From an uncultured Planctomycetaceae bacterium (lineage in GTDB: Bacteria > Planctomycetota > Phycisphaerae > SM23-33): a stretch of DNA of 64,000 nucleotides. The stretch covers positions 6,236 to 70,235 of the forward strand of contig CAYYMD010000006.1 of the NCBI GenBank assembly GCA_964472875.1, written 5' to 3'. Below are positions 9,333 through 18,403 of the stretch, one piece after another; positions within the stretch are counted from its first letter, which is position 1; each line of letters begins with the position of its first letter. The notes under the pieces were generated by a model, which was not told where the DNA came from, did no database searches, and saw nothing but the letters and a program-made list of their open reading frames with translations. Both the position numbers and the translations under genes were made by a program.

Positions 9333-9893
9333 CTAGAGCATGCCGGTTTTGCGCGCATACTGGAATATGCCGCCGGCCTGCAAAATCTCCCCGGCCGAAC
9401 CGAGCGGCTGAAGTTTATGCTCGCTGCCGTCGGTCAAATTTCGCAGAACACCTTTATCCGGATTGACTTCGACCTCATCTCCGGTAGAGACAACATCGAT
9501 AAGCCGCTGCTGTGTCACCATCGGGGCAAGGTAGCCGCCGTTTATGCTGTTGCGGAAAAATATTCGGGCAAAACTCTCGGCCACCACTGCGCAGCAGCCG
9601 GCCTCGGCTATCGCCAAAGGAGCATGTTCGCGAGAGGAGCCGCAGCCGAAGTTACGTCCTGCGATTATCACGGAAAACTCGCTTTTTTCCTTCCCGTCGG
9701 GCACGAACGGCACTTCGCCATCCGGCAGGCCTGACTGCGCCGAAGGGACACCACTGAGGGCGTAAACGCCGAAGTACTTCCGCTCAGCCGGGTCGGATGG
9801 GTCGTAACTTAGATACTGAGCGGGAATTATCTGGTCTGTGTCTATATTATCACCCAGGACGAACGCCCTGCCTTTTATGCTCTTTTCCATCAT
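9333..9893 (-). CDS. leuD: 3-isopropylmalate (or related) dehydratase small subunit
   Basis: ORF 9333..9932. GDNIDTDQIIPA and GRNFGCGSSREHA motifs. Start at the ATG at 9893 with an AAGGAAA SD. No leuC is adjacent. Confidence 0.8.
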   Translation of the reverse strand: MMEKSIKGRAFVLGDNIDTDQIIPAQYLSYDPSDPAERKYFGVYALSGVPSAQSGLPDGEVPFVPDGKEKSEFSVIIAGRNFGCGSSREHAPLAIAEAGCCAVVAESFARIFFRNSINGGYLAPMVTQQRLIDVVSTGDEVEVNPDKGVLRNLTDGSEHKLQPLGSAGEILQAGGIFQYARKTGML

Positions 9894-10000
9894 GTTTTCC
9901 TTGGTGGTCTGCCCGTAACGGCCGTTGAGCACATGTTACGGAATAGTTTTTACTAAAATACCACGGTTATTGTATAAATATCAGCGGCGAAAGGAAACAA

Positions 10001-10891
10001 ATGATGATGGAACATTTTGCCGACAGATTGCAGGCCGCCGTGGAAGCAACCGGTTCGCCGGTGTGCGTTGGACTGGATCCTCGCTTCGACCGCCTGCCGG
10101 ATGAACTCGCCGGCGGCGCTGGCCGGGATGCAGAGGCCAAGGCAATAGAGGCGTTTTGCGAAGGCATCATAGACGCCGTGGCGGATATAGTCCCGGCCGT
10201 GAAGATTCAATCGGCTTATTTCGAGCGTTACGGTTCGGCCGGGGTAGCGCTTTACGAGCGAATGGTTGCCAGATGCCATGATGCAGGGCTAATCGTTATC
10301 GGTGATGTGAAACGCGGAGATATCGGCTCGACAGCGGAGACCTATGCGGCCGCTCACCTGTGCGGCGAAAATTCGCCGGATGCCATTACGGTCAACCCTT
10401 ACTTCGGCGCCGACGGCCTTGCGCCTTTTGCGGCCACCGCATCACGCGAAGGCAAGGGCGTGTTCATGCTGGTCCGCACGTCGAATCCGTCGGCCGCCCA
10501 GGTACAGGATTTCGCCGACGCCGACGGGCGGCATTTTTACGAGCACATGGCCGCACAGGTCGCCGAACTCGGCGAGGAGTTTTCGAGTCAAAGCGGCTAC
10601 AGTTGCGTAGGTGCGGTGGTTGGTGCAACGTACCCCGACGAGGCGCGCCGGTTGCGCGATATTATGCCGCGGCAGATATTCCTGGTGCCCGGTTACGGAG
10701 CTCAGGGCGCCTCGGCGGACGATTGCGCTGCCTCGTTCAAGCCCGACGGAACCGGGGCAATAGTCAACGCCTCGCGGTCGGTAATTTACGCCTTCGGGCG
10801 CGAGGAGTATGCCAAACCCGACTGGCGCGAGGCCGTCGCCGCCGCCGCAAAGGATTTCGCCACCGATATCCGCCGGGCGGTATATAAATAG
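10001..10891 (+). CDS. pyrF: Orotidine-5'-phosphate decarboxylase, type 2
   Basis: 296-aa ORF. VCVGLDPR, GDVKRGDIGST and VPGYGAQG motifs. Confidence 0.9.
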   Translation: MMMEHFADRLQAAVEATGSPVCVGLDPRFDRLPDELAGGAGRDAEAKAIEAFCEGIIDAVADIVPAVKIQSAYFERYGSAGVALYERMVARCHDAGLIVIGDVKRGDIGSTAETYAAAHLCGENSPDAITVNPYFGADGLAPFAATASREGKGVFMLVRTSNPSAAQVQDFADADGRHFYEHMAAQVAELGEEFSSQSGYSCVGAVVGATYPDEARRLRDIMPRQIFLVPGYGAQGASADDCAASFKPDGTGAIVNASRSVIYAFGREEYAKPDWREAVAAAAKDFATDIRRAVYK

Positions 10892-10907
10892 CACGCAGGA
10901 GTAAGCC

Positions 10908-11909
10908 ATGAAAACGATGGTCCTCGAAAATATCGCCCCCATAGACACCTCCCCGTTGAAATTGAAGGAAGTTGAGACCCCACAGCCAGCCGCTGGTCAG
11001 GTGCGCATAAAGGTCAGTTGCTGCGGCATCTGCCGCACCGATTTGCACGTCATCGAGGGCGAACTGCCGCAGCAGAAACTGCCGGTCATCCCCGGCCATC
11101 AGATTGTCGGGGTGGTCGACGCTGTCGGCGAAAGATGCAATCGTCTAAAAGAAGGCAACCGCGTGGGCATCGCCTGGCTGCGCGGGACGTGCGGACAATG
11201 TCGGTTTTGCCGGTCCGGCCGGGAGAACCTGTGCGAGTCGCAGCGGTTCACCGGCTATCACGCCGACGGCGGCTTCTCGCAGTACGCGCTGGTGAGGGAA
11301 GATTTCGCCTACGAAATTCCCGAACAGTTTGAAGATGTCGAGGCCGCCCCGCTGCTGTGCGCTGGCATCGTGGGCTACCGTTCGCTCAAGCGCGCCGAAC
11401 TGCCCGACGGCGGCACGCTTGCTATATACGGATTCGGCTCCAGTGCTCATGTGATTATACAGATTGCCCTGAACCGCGGTTGCGATGTTTACGTGGTAAC
11501 CCGCGGCGAGTCGCACCGAAAACTGGCGAAGGCAATGGGCGCGAAATGGGTCGGCGCGGCGGCGGAAGACATGCCCGTTAAAACAGACAGCTCGATAATC
11601 TTCGCACCCGCCGGCGAACTCGTTCCCCCGGCCCTGGAAAAACTCCGCAAGGGCGGCACGCTGTCGCTGGCCGGCATCTATATGACGCCGATTCCAAAAA
11701 TGGATTATGAAAAACATGTCTTCTACGAACGTGACATACAGTCGGTAACCGCCAACACACGCGCCGACGGGAGGGAACTGCTGGCCGAGGCCGCGAAAAT
11801 TCCCATCCGGCCGCGCACAACAACGTATCCGCTGGCCGAAGCCAACAGGGCGCTACAGGACCTGAAAAACGACAAGATTGACGGCTCCGGCGTGCTCATA
11901 GTTGAGTGA
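10908..11909 (+). CDS. Zinc-dependent alcohol dehydrogenase family protein
   Basis: 333-aa ORF. CGICRTDLHVIEGE, GHQIVGVV, structural Zn CGQCRFCRSGRENLC, and GFGSSAH Rossmann motif. AGGAG SD. Confidence 0.85.
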   Translation: MKTMVLENIAPIDTSPLKLKEVETPQPAAGQVRIKVSCCGICRTDLHVIEGELPQQKLPVIPGHQIVGVVDAVGERCNRLKEGNRVGIAWLRGTCGQCRFCRSGRENLCESQRFTGYHADGGFSQYALVREDFAYEIPEQFEDVEAAPLLCAGIVGYRSLKRAELPDGGTLAIYGFGSSAHVIIQIALNRGCDVYVVTRGESHRKLAKAMGAKWVGAAAEDMPVKTDSSIIFAPAGELVPPALEKLRKGGTLSLAGIYMTPIPKMDYEKHVFYERDIQSVTANTRADGRELLAEAAKIPIRPRTTTYPLAEANRALQDLKNDKIDGSGVLIVE

Positions 11910-12121
11910 AGCCGGTCACATTCCCACCGGCTGATAAATAAAGTCACCACTGAAAACGGGCGATGAATAACAGGTCGGATGGGCGGGGGTCGCCTTGGGG
12001 CGGTTGGGAACTATTATTCCCTTCCGCTGGAACATAGGTATTCTACGCGCCGAAAACAAACAGGCCGGCGTATTCAACGCCCGCCACGCCCCTCTTAACC
12101 GGGCGAGAATAAGGTGCTGCT

Positions 12122-12505
12122 ATGATTATCTGGACATGTTCGATAAGGGCGGTGGGGATATTACTGGCCATGCTGATCGGCTTGATAATCGTTCAGAAGA
12201 TGCGCAAATGGAACGATGCCGCCCTGGCGTGGCTGCTGGCGGGATTGTCCATCGGCCCGCTGGTTGTGCTGACATGGAATATCATTTTTCGGTTATTCCT
12301 GGCCGAACACGCTTCCGCGGCGGACCGAATTGCATGGCTGGGCAACTTCCAGCTCAGGTACATCTACGAAATTATAAACACCATATTGAACATAAGCTGT
12401 CTCGGATTGGTTATTATCGGCCTGGTCAGACTTTACAGAAATCCTCAGCGGAGATACCGCATGGTTGCGCCCTCTGAGTTCGCCACCAATGACCCGCGAA
12501 GCTGA
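12122..12505 (+). CDS. Hypothetical small integral membrane protein (about 4 TM segments)
   Basis: 127-aa ORF. AAGGTG SD 6 nt upstream. Alternating hydrophobic stretches. No family recognised. Confidence 0.5.
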   Translation: MIIWTCSIRAVGILLAMLIGLIIVQKMRKWNDAALAWLLAGLSIGPLVVLTWNIIFRLFLAEHASAADRIAWLGNFQLRYIYEIINTILNISCLGLVIIGLVRLYRNPQRRYRMVAPSEFATNDPRS

Positions 12506-12609
12506 TAACTTCAGACGCCGCCGGAAAATCCCGAAATACATATGCGAGGCCGCACTTGTCGCAGCCGGACAAAAATTCATATTTATGTGAAGCCAGCGGA
12601 GTTAAAAAT

Positions 12610-13842
12610 ATGGACAAAACAACGACACCACGAACCGCCGGCGAAATCGCCGACGTCCTGAAGGCCACGCTCGATATCGGCGTTAACCTCTCACAGGAGC
12701 CGGACAGGTCCAAACTATTCAACTCCATTCTCACCCAGACCCGCCGACAAACCCGCTGCGAAGGCGGTTCGTTATACATTTTGGAAGACAAGCGGCTGCG
12801 ACTGCTGGCTGCACAAAACGATAAAATCCCGGCCGAAATAATCTGCCGCGTACTGGACAGGGATATGACCGCATCGAAACATTCTCTGGCCGGATACGTC
12901 ACTCACAGCGGAAGGGTCATGAACGTGCCGGATGCCTACTCGCTGGCAAGCGGCTCGCCGTTTCACCTGGCCAGGGACCTTGACGCGGCCATGAATTACC
13001 GAACCGTCAGCGTCCTGGCCATTCCGCTTAAATGCCCCGACGGACAAACCATTGGTGTGCTGGAACTCATCAACCGCCTTTCCCCCGACGGCAAACCCAT
13101 ACCATTCAGCGACACCGAAATCCATTCAGTTATGCCACTGGCATCGATGGCCGCGGTCACAATCCACAACGATCTTCTTCGCAGAAATCTAAAGCGCGCT
13201 CATCTTGATACAATAATCCGCCTCTCGACGGCCGCCGAATTCCGCGACGACGCCTCCGCCGGACATATCCGCAGCGTAAGCAATACTTCCGCAATCCTTG
13301 CCGGGGCCATCGGCCTCGATGACAAAAAAATCGAACTGGTTCAATACGCCGCGCCCATGCACGATATCGGCAAGGTCGGCATACCCGACAATATCCTCAA
13401 AAAACCAGACGAACTGACGCCTAAAGAGCGAAGCATCGTCGAAACACACACCACCATAGGGGCTAAAATTCTCGACGACCCGAAAAACGACCTTATGGTC
13501 ATGGCCAGGGAAGTCGCGATGTCTCACCACGAGAAATGGGACGGCCGGGGATATCCTCAAAAGCTCGCCGGACACCAGATACCACTTGCGGCGCGAATCG
13601 TGGCACTGGCCGACGTTTTTGATACGCTCATCTCCAAACGATGCTACAAGGACGCCTATTCACTCGATACAGCTCTTGATATTATCCGCTCCGAGGCGTC
13701 GAAGCATTTCGACCCAAGACTGGTTGACGCATTTTTCGAAAATCTCTACGAAATACTTCAGGCGTGCGACCGACCTTTGAAAAAAGGTGAAGAAACAGAT
13801 CATTCGGAGGGAAATAGCATCGCCTCGGAGAATCGCATCTGA
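12610..13842 (+). CDS. GAF-domain HD-GYP phosphodiesterase (cyclic-dinucleotide signalling)
   Basis: ORF 12556..13842. HDIGKVGIP, HHEKWDGRGYP and LADVFDTL motifs, with an N-terminal GAF-like region. Start at the ATG at 12610 (GGAG 8 nt upstream) rather than the TTG at 12556. Confidence 0.85.
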   Translation: MDKTTTPRTAGEIADVLKATLDIGVNLSQEPDRSKLFNSILTQTRRQTRCEGGSLYILEDKRLRLLAAQNDKIPAEIICRVLDRDMTASKHSLAGYVTHSGRVMNVPDAYSLASGSPFHLARDLDAAMNYRTVSVLAIPLKCPDGQTIGVLELINRLSPDGKPIPFSDTEIHSVMPLASMAAVTIHNDLLRRNLKRAHLDTIIRLSTAAEFRDDASAGHIRSVSNTSAILAGAIGLDDKKIELVQYAAPMHDIGKVGIPDNILKKPDELTPKERSIVETHTTIGAKILDDPKNDLMVMAREVAMSHHEKWDGRGYPQKLAGHQIPLAARIVALADVFDTLISKRCYKDAYSLDTALDIIRSEASKHFDPRLVDAFFENLYEILQACDRPLKKGEETDHSEGNSIASENRI

Positions 13843-15647
13843 AACCGGGGGTCCTGCGATAACTGAACGTGTTCGGCCATGCGTGCGAGTTCTTCCGCAA
13901 TATTGCGATCCTTCGTCGAAACAAGCGCCAGGCGGGCGCCGTTAAGCGAAGCATTACCCACGTAGTTAATGCGATTATGATCAATGCCCGCCGGCAACAG
14001 GCCTATCCGCTGTGCGTTGCTGCGGCGGATGAAACTGCCGAAGCCGCCGGCCAGGTGAACCCGTTTTACATCGGATATTTCCAGCCCCGCGAGCTCAAGC
14101 AGAATGTTAACACCAGCCCGAATGGCCCCAGTAGCCAGTTGCACCTCCCGCACGTCACGCTGTTTGAAAGTCAGCGGCGGAGATGTCGCTCCCATATCCT
14201 CGGCCAGAACAAAATGAGTCTGCCCGTTATCGTCCCGTCCCACGCGGCGTTTTAGCGCATCAGGCAGTTCGTCGGGCAGTTCTTCGGCCGGCAGCAGGCG
14301 ACCCTGCTGCGTAACAATGCCTGCGGCAAGTAACTCCGCCATAAGGTCAACAATCGCACTTCCACAGATGCCCGTCGGCTCAACGTCGCCGATAACGCTG
14401 TAATTCACATCGTCGTCGAAAACCACCTTGGCGATTGCCCCTCGAGCGGCGGTCATGCCACAGGATATTTTAGCGCCCTCGAACGCCGGCCCCGCCGCCG
14501 TAGAAGCCGCCCACATCCGGCCATCGTGCCACAGAACTATTTCCCCATTGGTGCCGATATCCACCAGCAGTGTGGCGTCTGTCGTGGTTGTCATATGCGT
14601 GGCCAGTATCCCCGCCACCGCATCGCCGCCTACGAACCCACCTATAATGGGAAACAGGTAAGACGCCGCCCGCGGATTTATCTTCAATGAAAGCTCACTT
14701 GCAGGCACAACCAGCCCGTCTGCATACGCCGGCACGAAAGGCACCTGCCCAAGCTGCCCGACGTCAATGCCGCACAATAGATGCTCCATGGTCGTGTTGC
14801 CGGCCACTGTCGCCTCGTAGATGTGTAAACATTCAATCCCGGCCGAATTGCATAACTCGCAAGTTATTTCCGACAGGGCTCCCACCACGGCACCACGCAA
14901 TTCTTCCTGTCCGTCTTGACTGATGGTTGCGTGTTCTATGCGCGTCATCACGTCGCCCCCGAAACTAACCTGAGGATTCATGCGTGAGATGACGGCCACT
15001 TCCTCACCGTTGCACAAATCCAGCAAAGAACCGACCAACGTCGTCGTGCCCACATCGAAGGCCAGTCCGTAACACTGCTTCCGCGTGTCCCCGGGTTCAA
15101 ATTCTATCAGGTGGTTATTCGCCACCACTGCCGTGCCCTTGAAGTCGTTTTGCCTCAATAAAGCGGGCAGTCGCCGCAGCATTGTAATATCCACACCAAT
15201 CGGGCCGATACGGTTTTGCAGGCGCATTAAATCCGCCTCGCTGTCATCCAGCGTCGGTGGTGAAAGCTCGACGTAAATTTTCCTTACCGCCGGGTGAACC
15301 TCGCCTGTGGGTTCGCGCTTGGTTTCGAGAAATATCTGGTGATAATCGCCGAAAAGGGAGCTTTCGGGGACGTGGACTTTTGCGTCGCCGCGGAGCCCGA
15401 CCTGGCACGCCAGACGCCACCCTTCGCTGATTTCCTGTTTGGTGTATATTTCTTGCTCGGCTGCGACCGGCTCGGGCGCGTTTTCGAGAATCTTCACGCG
15501 GCACTTGCCGCATGTTCCCGCACCTCCGCACGGTGTTTCTATGGTCAGCCCGGCCCGTGCGGCGGCCTCGAGCATCTTCGTGCCGCTCAGCACGTGAACC
15601 GTTCTGCCGGAAGGGCTGAACGTTACACACACCTGACGCCTTTTCAT
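13800..15647 (-). CDS. 2Fe-2S ferredoxin domain fused to ASKHA ATPase (DUF4445); corrinoid reductive-activase (RACo/RamA)-like
   Basis: 615-aa ORF. N-terminal plant-type ferredoxin CGGAGTCGKCRVKI...C. Actin-like ATPase motifs (FDVGTTT, VDIGTNGE). GGAGA SD. Confidence 0.75.
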   Translation of the reverse strand: MKRRQVCVTFSPSGRTVHVLSGTKMLEAAARAGLTIETPCGGAGTCGKCRVKILENAPEPVAAEQEIYTKQEISEGWRLACQVGLRGDAKVHVPESSLFGDYHQIFLETKREPTGEVHPAVRKIYVELSPPTLDDSEADLMRLQNRIGPIGVDITMLRRLPALLRQNDFKGTAVVANNHLIEFEPGDTRKQCYGLAFDVGTTTLVGSLLDLCNGEEVAVISRMNPQVSFGGDVMTRIEHATISQDGQEELRGAVVGALSEITCELCNSAGIECLHIYEATVAGNTTMEHLLCGIDVGQLGQVPFVPAYADGLVVPASELSLKINPRAASYLFPIIGGFVGGDAVAGILATHMTTTTDATLLVDIGTNGEIVLWHDGRMWAASTAAGPAFEGAKISCGMTAARGAIAKVVFDDDVNYSVIGDVEPTGICGSAIVDLMAELLAAGIVTQQGRLLPAEELPDELPDALKRRVGRDDNGQTHFVLAEDMGATSPPLTFKQRDVREVQLATGAIRAGVNILLELAGLEISDVKRVHLAGGFGSFIRRSNAQRIGLLPAGIDHNRINYVGNASLNGARLALVSTKDRNIAEELARMAEHVQLSQDPRFQMRFSEAMLFPSE

Positions 15648-15953
15648 AGCATATCTCCAACTGCGCCCACGGCGATATTCAAACAGTATTGCAACGTTGA
15701 CGCCGCTGACAAAAATAAATCGCTAATAACAGCATACGCATATTTTGTCCGATTAGTATATAAAATGGAGCCGACATATAAACATCGCATAGATACTATC
15801 CAAACTCTTCCCCCGAGCGGTTATACTGAAGCGCCGCGACTGAGGCGAAGCCGAAGGTCACTGCTGCCTCCGCTGATAGTACCGCCCTCGGCAAATCAGC
15901 GGCAAACCAAGGCCGAATCAGTAGCGCAAAAATACCTGCTTGGCCGTAAACCC

Positions 15954-16799
15954 ATGAAACTAAGGAAAATAATAAAACTATCGACTCTTGTTCTTATCGT
16001 CACGTTAGTGCTCACGGCAGTTATGATGTATCTGTTGGCGTCGCTTCGCCCGTCTAATTACCATCCCGCCTATTACCTGTCCGGAAGCGAAAAGCAGATT
16101 GTGGCAAATGCCTTTGTGCAGGAGGCCTACGTCAAATTTCAAAACAAAGCAGGCGAAAATAAGCCGTTCACCTGGACATTCACACAGGAAAGACTGAACG
16201 AATATCTCGCCTCCATGGATGAAATCGTGGCTAACGCCCCCGGTCATGAACCTGGCGAAGTCTATTCCGCCATGGACAGATACGCCCTGGCAGCCCCGGC
16301 CGTTGCATTGGACGACGGTAAAATCACACTGATGGTCCGCTCGCAGCGGTACGACAAGATACTCTCGGCCGAATTCTCATTTTCTCTGTCCACATTGCCA
16401 CAGACTCGTTCCCGGCCCGCTGCGATTGATGGGTCCATCGAAAACAGGCAAGTTCTGCGGGTATCTCTTTCCGGCGTGCGGGTGGGCAATCTTCCTATCC
16501 CTAAAACATTCGTTAAAGATTACCTCGAACGAGCCCAGCAATCACTGGCAAAAGATCGCCTGTTTTCATCCGATCATCTTTTAAATTCCAGGCGGGCAAA
16601 TCCTCTCCAATCGGGCATGAATCAACTTATCGAGTTTATCTCGAGTATAATACTGGTCGTTGACGGCGGTGCGGTCGAGCCGGTATTAATCTTTCCCGAT
16701 GCGCACGGGCGAACCAGGCGCGTCAAAATCGACGAACTGGAAATAGACAACGGCAAGCTCACACTTCACGTAGTGCCCGTCACGGCCGAAGATACTTAA
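15954..16799 (+). CDS. Hypothetical membrane-anchored protein (single N-terminal TM)
   Basis: Downstream part of ORF 15294..16799. The upstream part is antisense to the RACo-like gene. MKLRKIIKLSTLVLIVTLVLTAVMMYLLA is a signal anchor. An in-frame ATG at 15765 is an alternative start. Confidence 0.55.
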   Translation: MKLRKIIKLSTLVLIVTLVLTAVMMYLLASLRPSNYHPAYYLSGSEKQIVANAFVQEAYVKFQNKAGENKPFTWTFTQERLNEYLASMDEIVANAPGHEPGEVYSAMDRYALAAPAVALDDGKITLMVRSQRYDKILSAEFSFSLSTLPQTRSRPAAIDGSIENRQVLRVSLSGVRVGNLPIPKTFVKDYLERAQQSLAKDRLFSSDHLLNSRRANPLQSGMNQLIEFISSIILVVDGGAVEPVLIFPDAHGRTRRVKIDELEIDNGKLTLHVVPVTAEDT

Positions 16800-16875
16800 T
16801 ACCACGGCTTCAATATCCTATCTGTCCATATTCGCCGCAATTCGTTATAATCCCATGAAATTTTAAGGAATCGAT

Positions 16876-18294
16876 ATGAAGTTAAATCTAACATTCTACG
16901 GCGCGGCGCAAAACGTAACCGGCTCGCAATATTTACTCGAAAACTCCGGCAGCAAAAGCGGCGGGCGTATACTCGTAGACTGCGGGATGTATCAGGAGAG
17001 GCAGTACCGCAGTCGTAACTGGGACCCGCTACCGTATGAACCCGCAAGCATTGATGCGGTGCTGCTGACACATGCTCACCTGGACCACTGCGGCCTGCTG
17101 CCTAAGCTCGTGCGCGAGGGCTTTGAGGGAAAGATATACTGCACCGCCGCCACCAAGGAAATCGCACGCATCATATTACTCGACGCCGCACACATTCAGG
17201 AAGAGGATGCCGCCTTCAAAAAGGCCCGCCACGAGCGAGAAGGCCGCGAAGCACCCCACCCCGAAGTGCCGCTTTACACCACCGAAGATGCCCGGGCTGT
17301 CCTTCCGCGGCTGGAGCCGATAAAATACGGCCAGACCGTCAAAATCAATGACGCAATGGAGGCCACATTCAACAATGCCGGACATATATTCGGAGCAGCA
17401 AGCATCAGCGTGCGGGCCTCGGATAACGGCGAAAGCCGTACGGTTCTGTTCTCCGGCGATTTGGGCAGGTGGGATATGCCTATTATCCGCGACCCCGCCG
17501 ACATTGAACAGGCGGATTATGTAGTGGTCGAATCGACCTACGGCGACAGAATCCACAATGATGCCGATAACATTGATGAAAAACTGGCCGACGTGATAAA
17601 TTCCACCAAAGAAGCCGGAGGCAACATCGTCATCCCCTCCTTCGCGCTGGAGCGTTCACAGGACTTGCTATACCATCTAAACCAGTTGCTTATCGACGAT
17701 GATATTCCTCACCTGGTAGTCTTTCTGGACAGCCCGATGGCCATTAACGTAACTGACGTTTTCGACAATCATCCGGAGCTGTATGACAGCGAAATGCGGG
17801 AACTCGTCAGGCGGAACAAATCGCCGTTCGATTTCCCGGGCCTGCGGATGACCCAGACGACCAGAGAATCCAAGGCCATAAACCATATCCGCGGGACGGT
17901 GATAATAATCGCCGGTTCGGGCATGTGTACGGGCGGCCGGATTAAGCATCATCTCGTCAATAACATTACCCGCCCGGAATCCACGGTCCTGTTCGTGGGC
18001 TACCAGGCGGCAGGTACGCTTGGGCGGCACATCGTAGAAGGCGCCGATGAAGTTCGAATACTCGGCCAGAATTACCCAGTGCGGGCCAAGATAGTCAAGT
18101 TGGACGGTTTCTCCGCACACGCCGACCGGGATGATCTTATGCGATGGCTCGGACAGCTGGATTCACCGCCGCGACAGGTGTTCGTAACACACGGAGAGCC
18201 CGATAGCGCCCGTGCACTGGCCGAGGGTGTGAAGAAAAATTTCAACTACAACGTCACTATTCCCGAATATCGTGACAGCATTACCCTCGACTAA
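16876..18294 (+). CDS. MBL-fold beta-CASP ribonuclease (CPSF/RNase J-like)
   Basis: 472-aa ORF. THAHLDHCG, beta-CASP motifs, and a C-terminal RNA-specificity region (SAHADRDDL). AAGGAA SD. Confidence 0.85.
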   Translation: MKLNLTFYGAAQNVTGSQYLLENSGSKSGGRILVDCGMYQERQYRSRNWDPLPYEPASIDAVLLTHAHLDHCGLLPKLVREGFEGKIYCTAATKEIARIILLDAAHIQEEDAAFKKARHEREGREAPHPEVPLYTTEDARAVLPRLEPIKYGQTVKINDAMEATFNNAGHIFGAASISVRASDNGESRTVLFSGDLGRWDMPIIRDPADIEQADYVVVESTYGDRIHNDADNIDEKLADVINSTKEAGGNIVIPSFALERSQDLLYHLNQLLIDDDIPHLVVFLDSPMAINVTDVFDNHPELYDSEMRELVRRNKSPFDFPGLRMTQTTRESKAINHIRGTVIIIAGSGMCTGGRIKHHLVNNITRPESTVLFVGYQAAGTLGRHIVEGADEVRILGQNYPVRAKIVKLDGFSAHADRDDLMRWLGQLDSPPRQVFVTHGEPDSARALAEGVKKNFNYNVTIPEYRDSITLD

Positions 18295-18346
18295 CGCCAT
18301 CATTCGGTAGTAACGAGTTTATAAAGCAACAAATTATGTGTTCTTA

Positions 18347-18378
18347 ACACGCCCGCCTCGGCTTAGAGACGGGCGTGT
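18347..18378. terminator. Hairpin between convergent RNase and symporter genes
   Basis: ACACGCCCG-cCTCggcttaGAGa-CGGGCGTGT. A 9-bp stem plus a 3-bp inner stem. No strong U-tract on either side. Confidence 0.3.
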
Positions 18379-18403
18379 GAGAATAGCAAATCAATAGCGT
18401 AGA

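Noticed and set aside
15294-15953. The first ~220 codons of the 501-aa ORF 15294..16799
   Set aside because: This part is antisense to the well-supported RACo-like gene (up to 15647) and has no recognisable features. The membrane-anchor protein most plausibly starts at 15954 (or 15765).
15648-15953. Cobalamin riboswitch next to the corrinoid-activase-like gene
   Set aside because: A GGTCACTG stretch superficially resembles the B12 box core (GCCACTG). The surrounding conserved GGGAA, GGTG and AGCC(C)G elements are missing on both strands.
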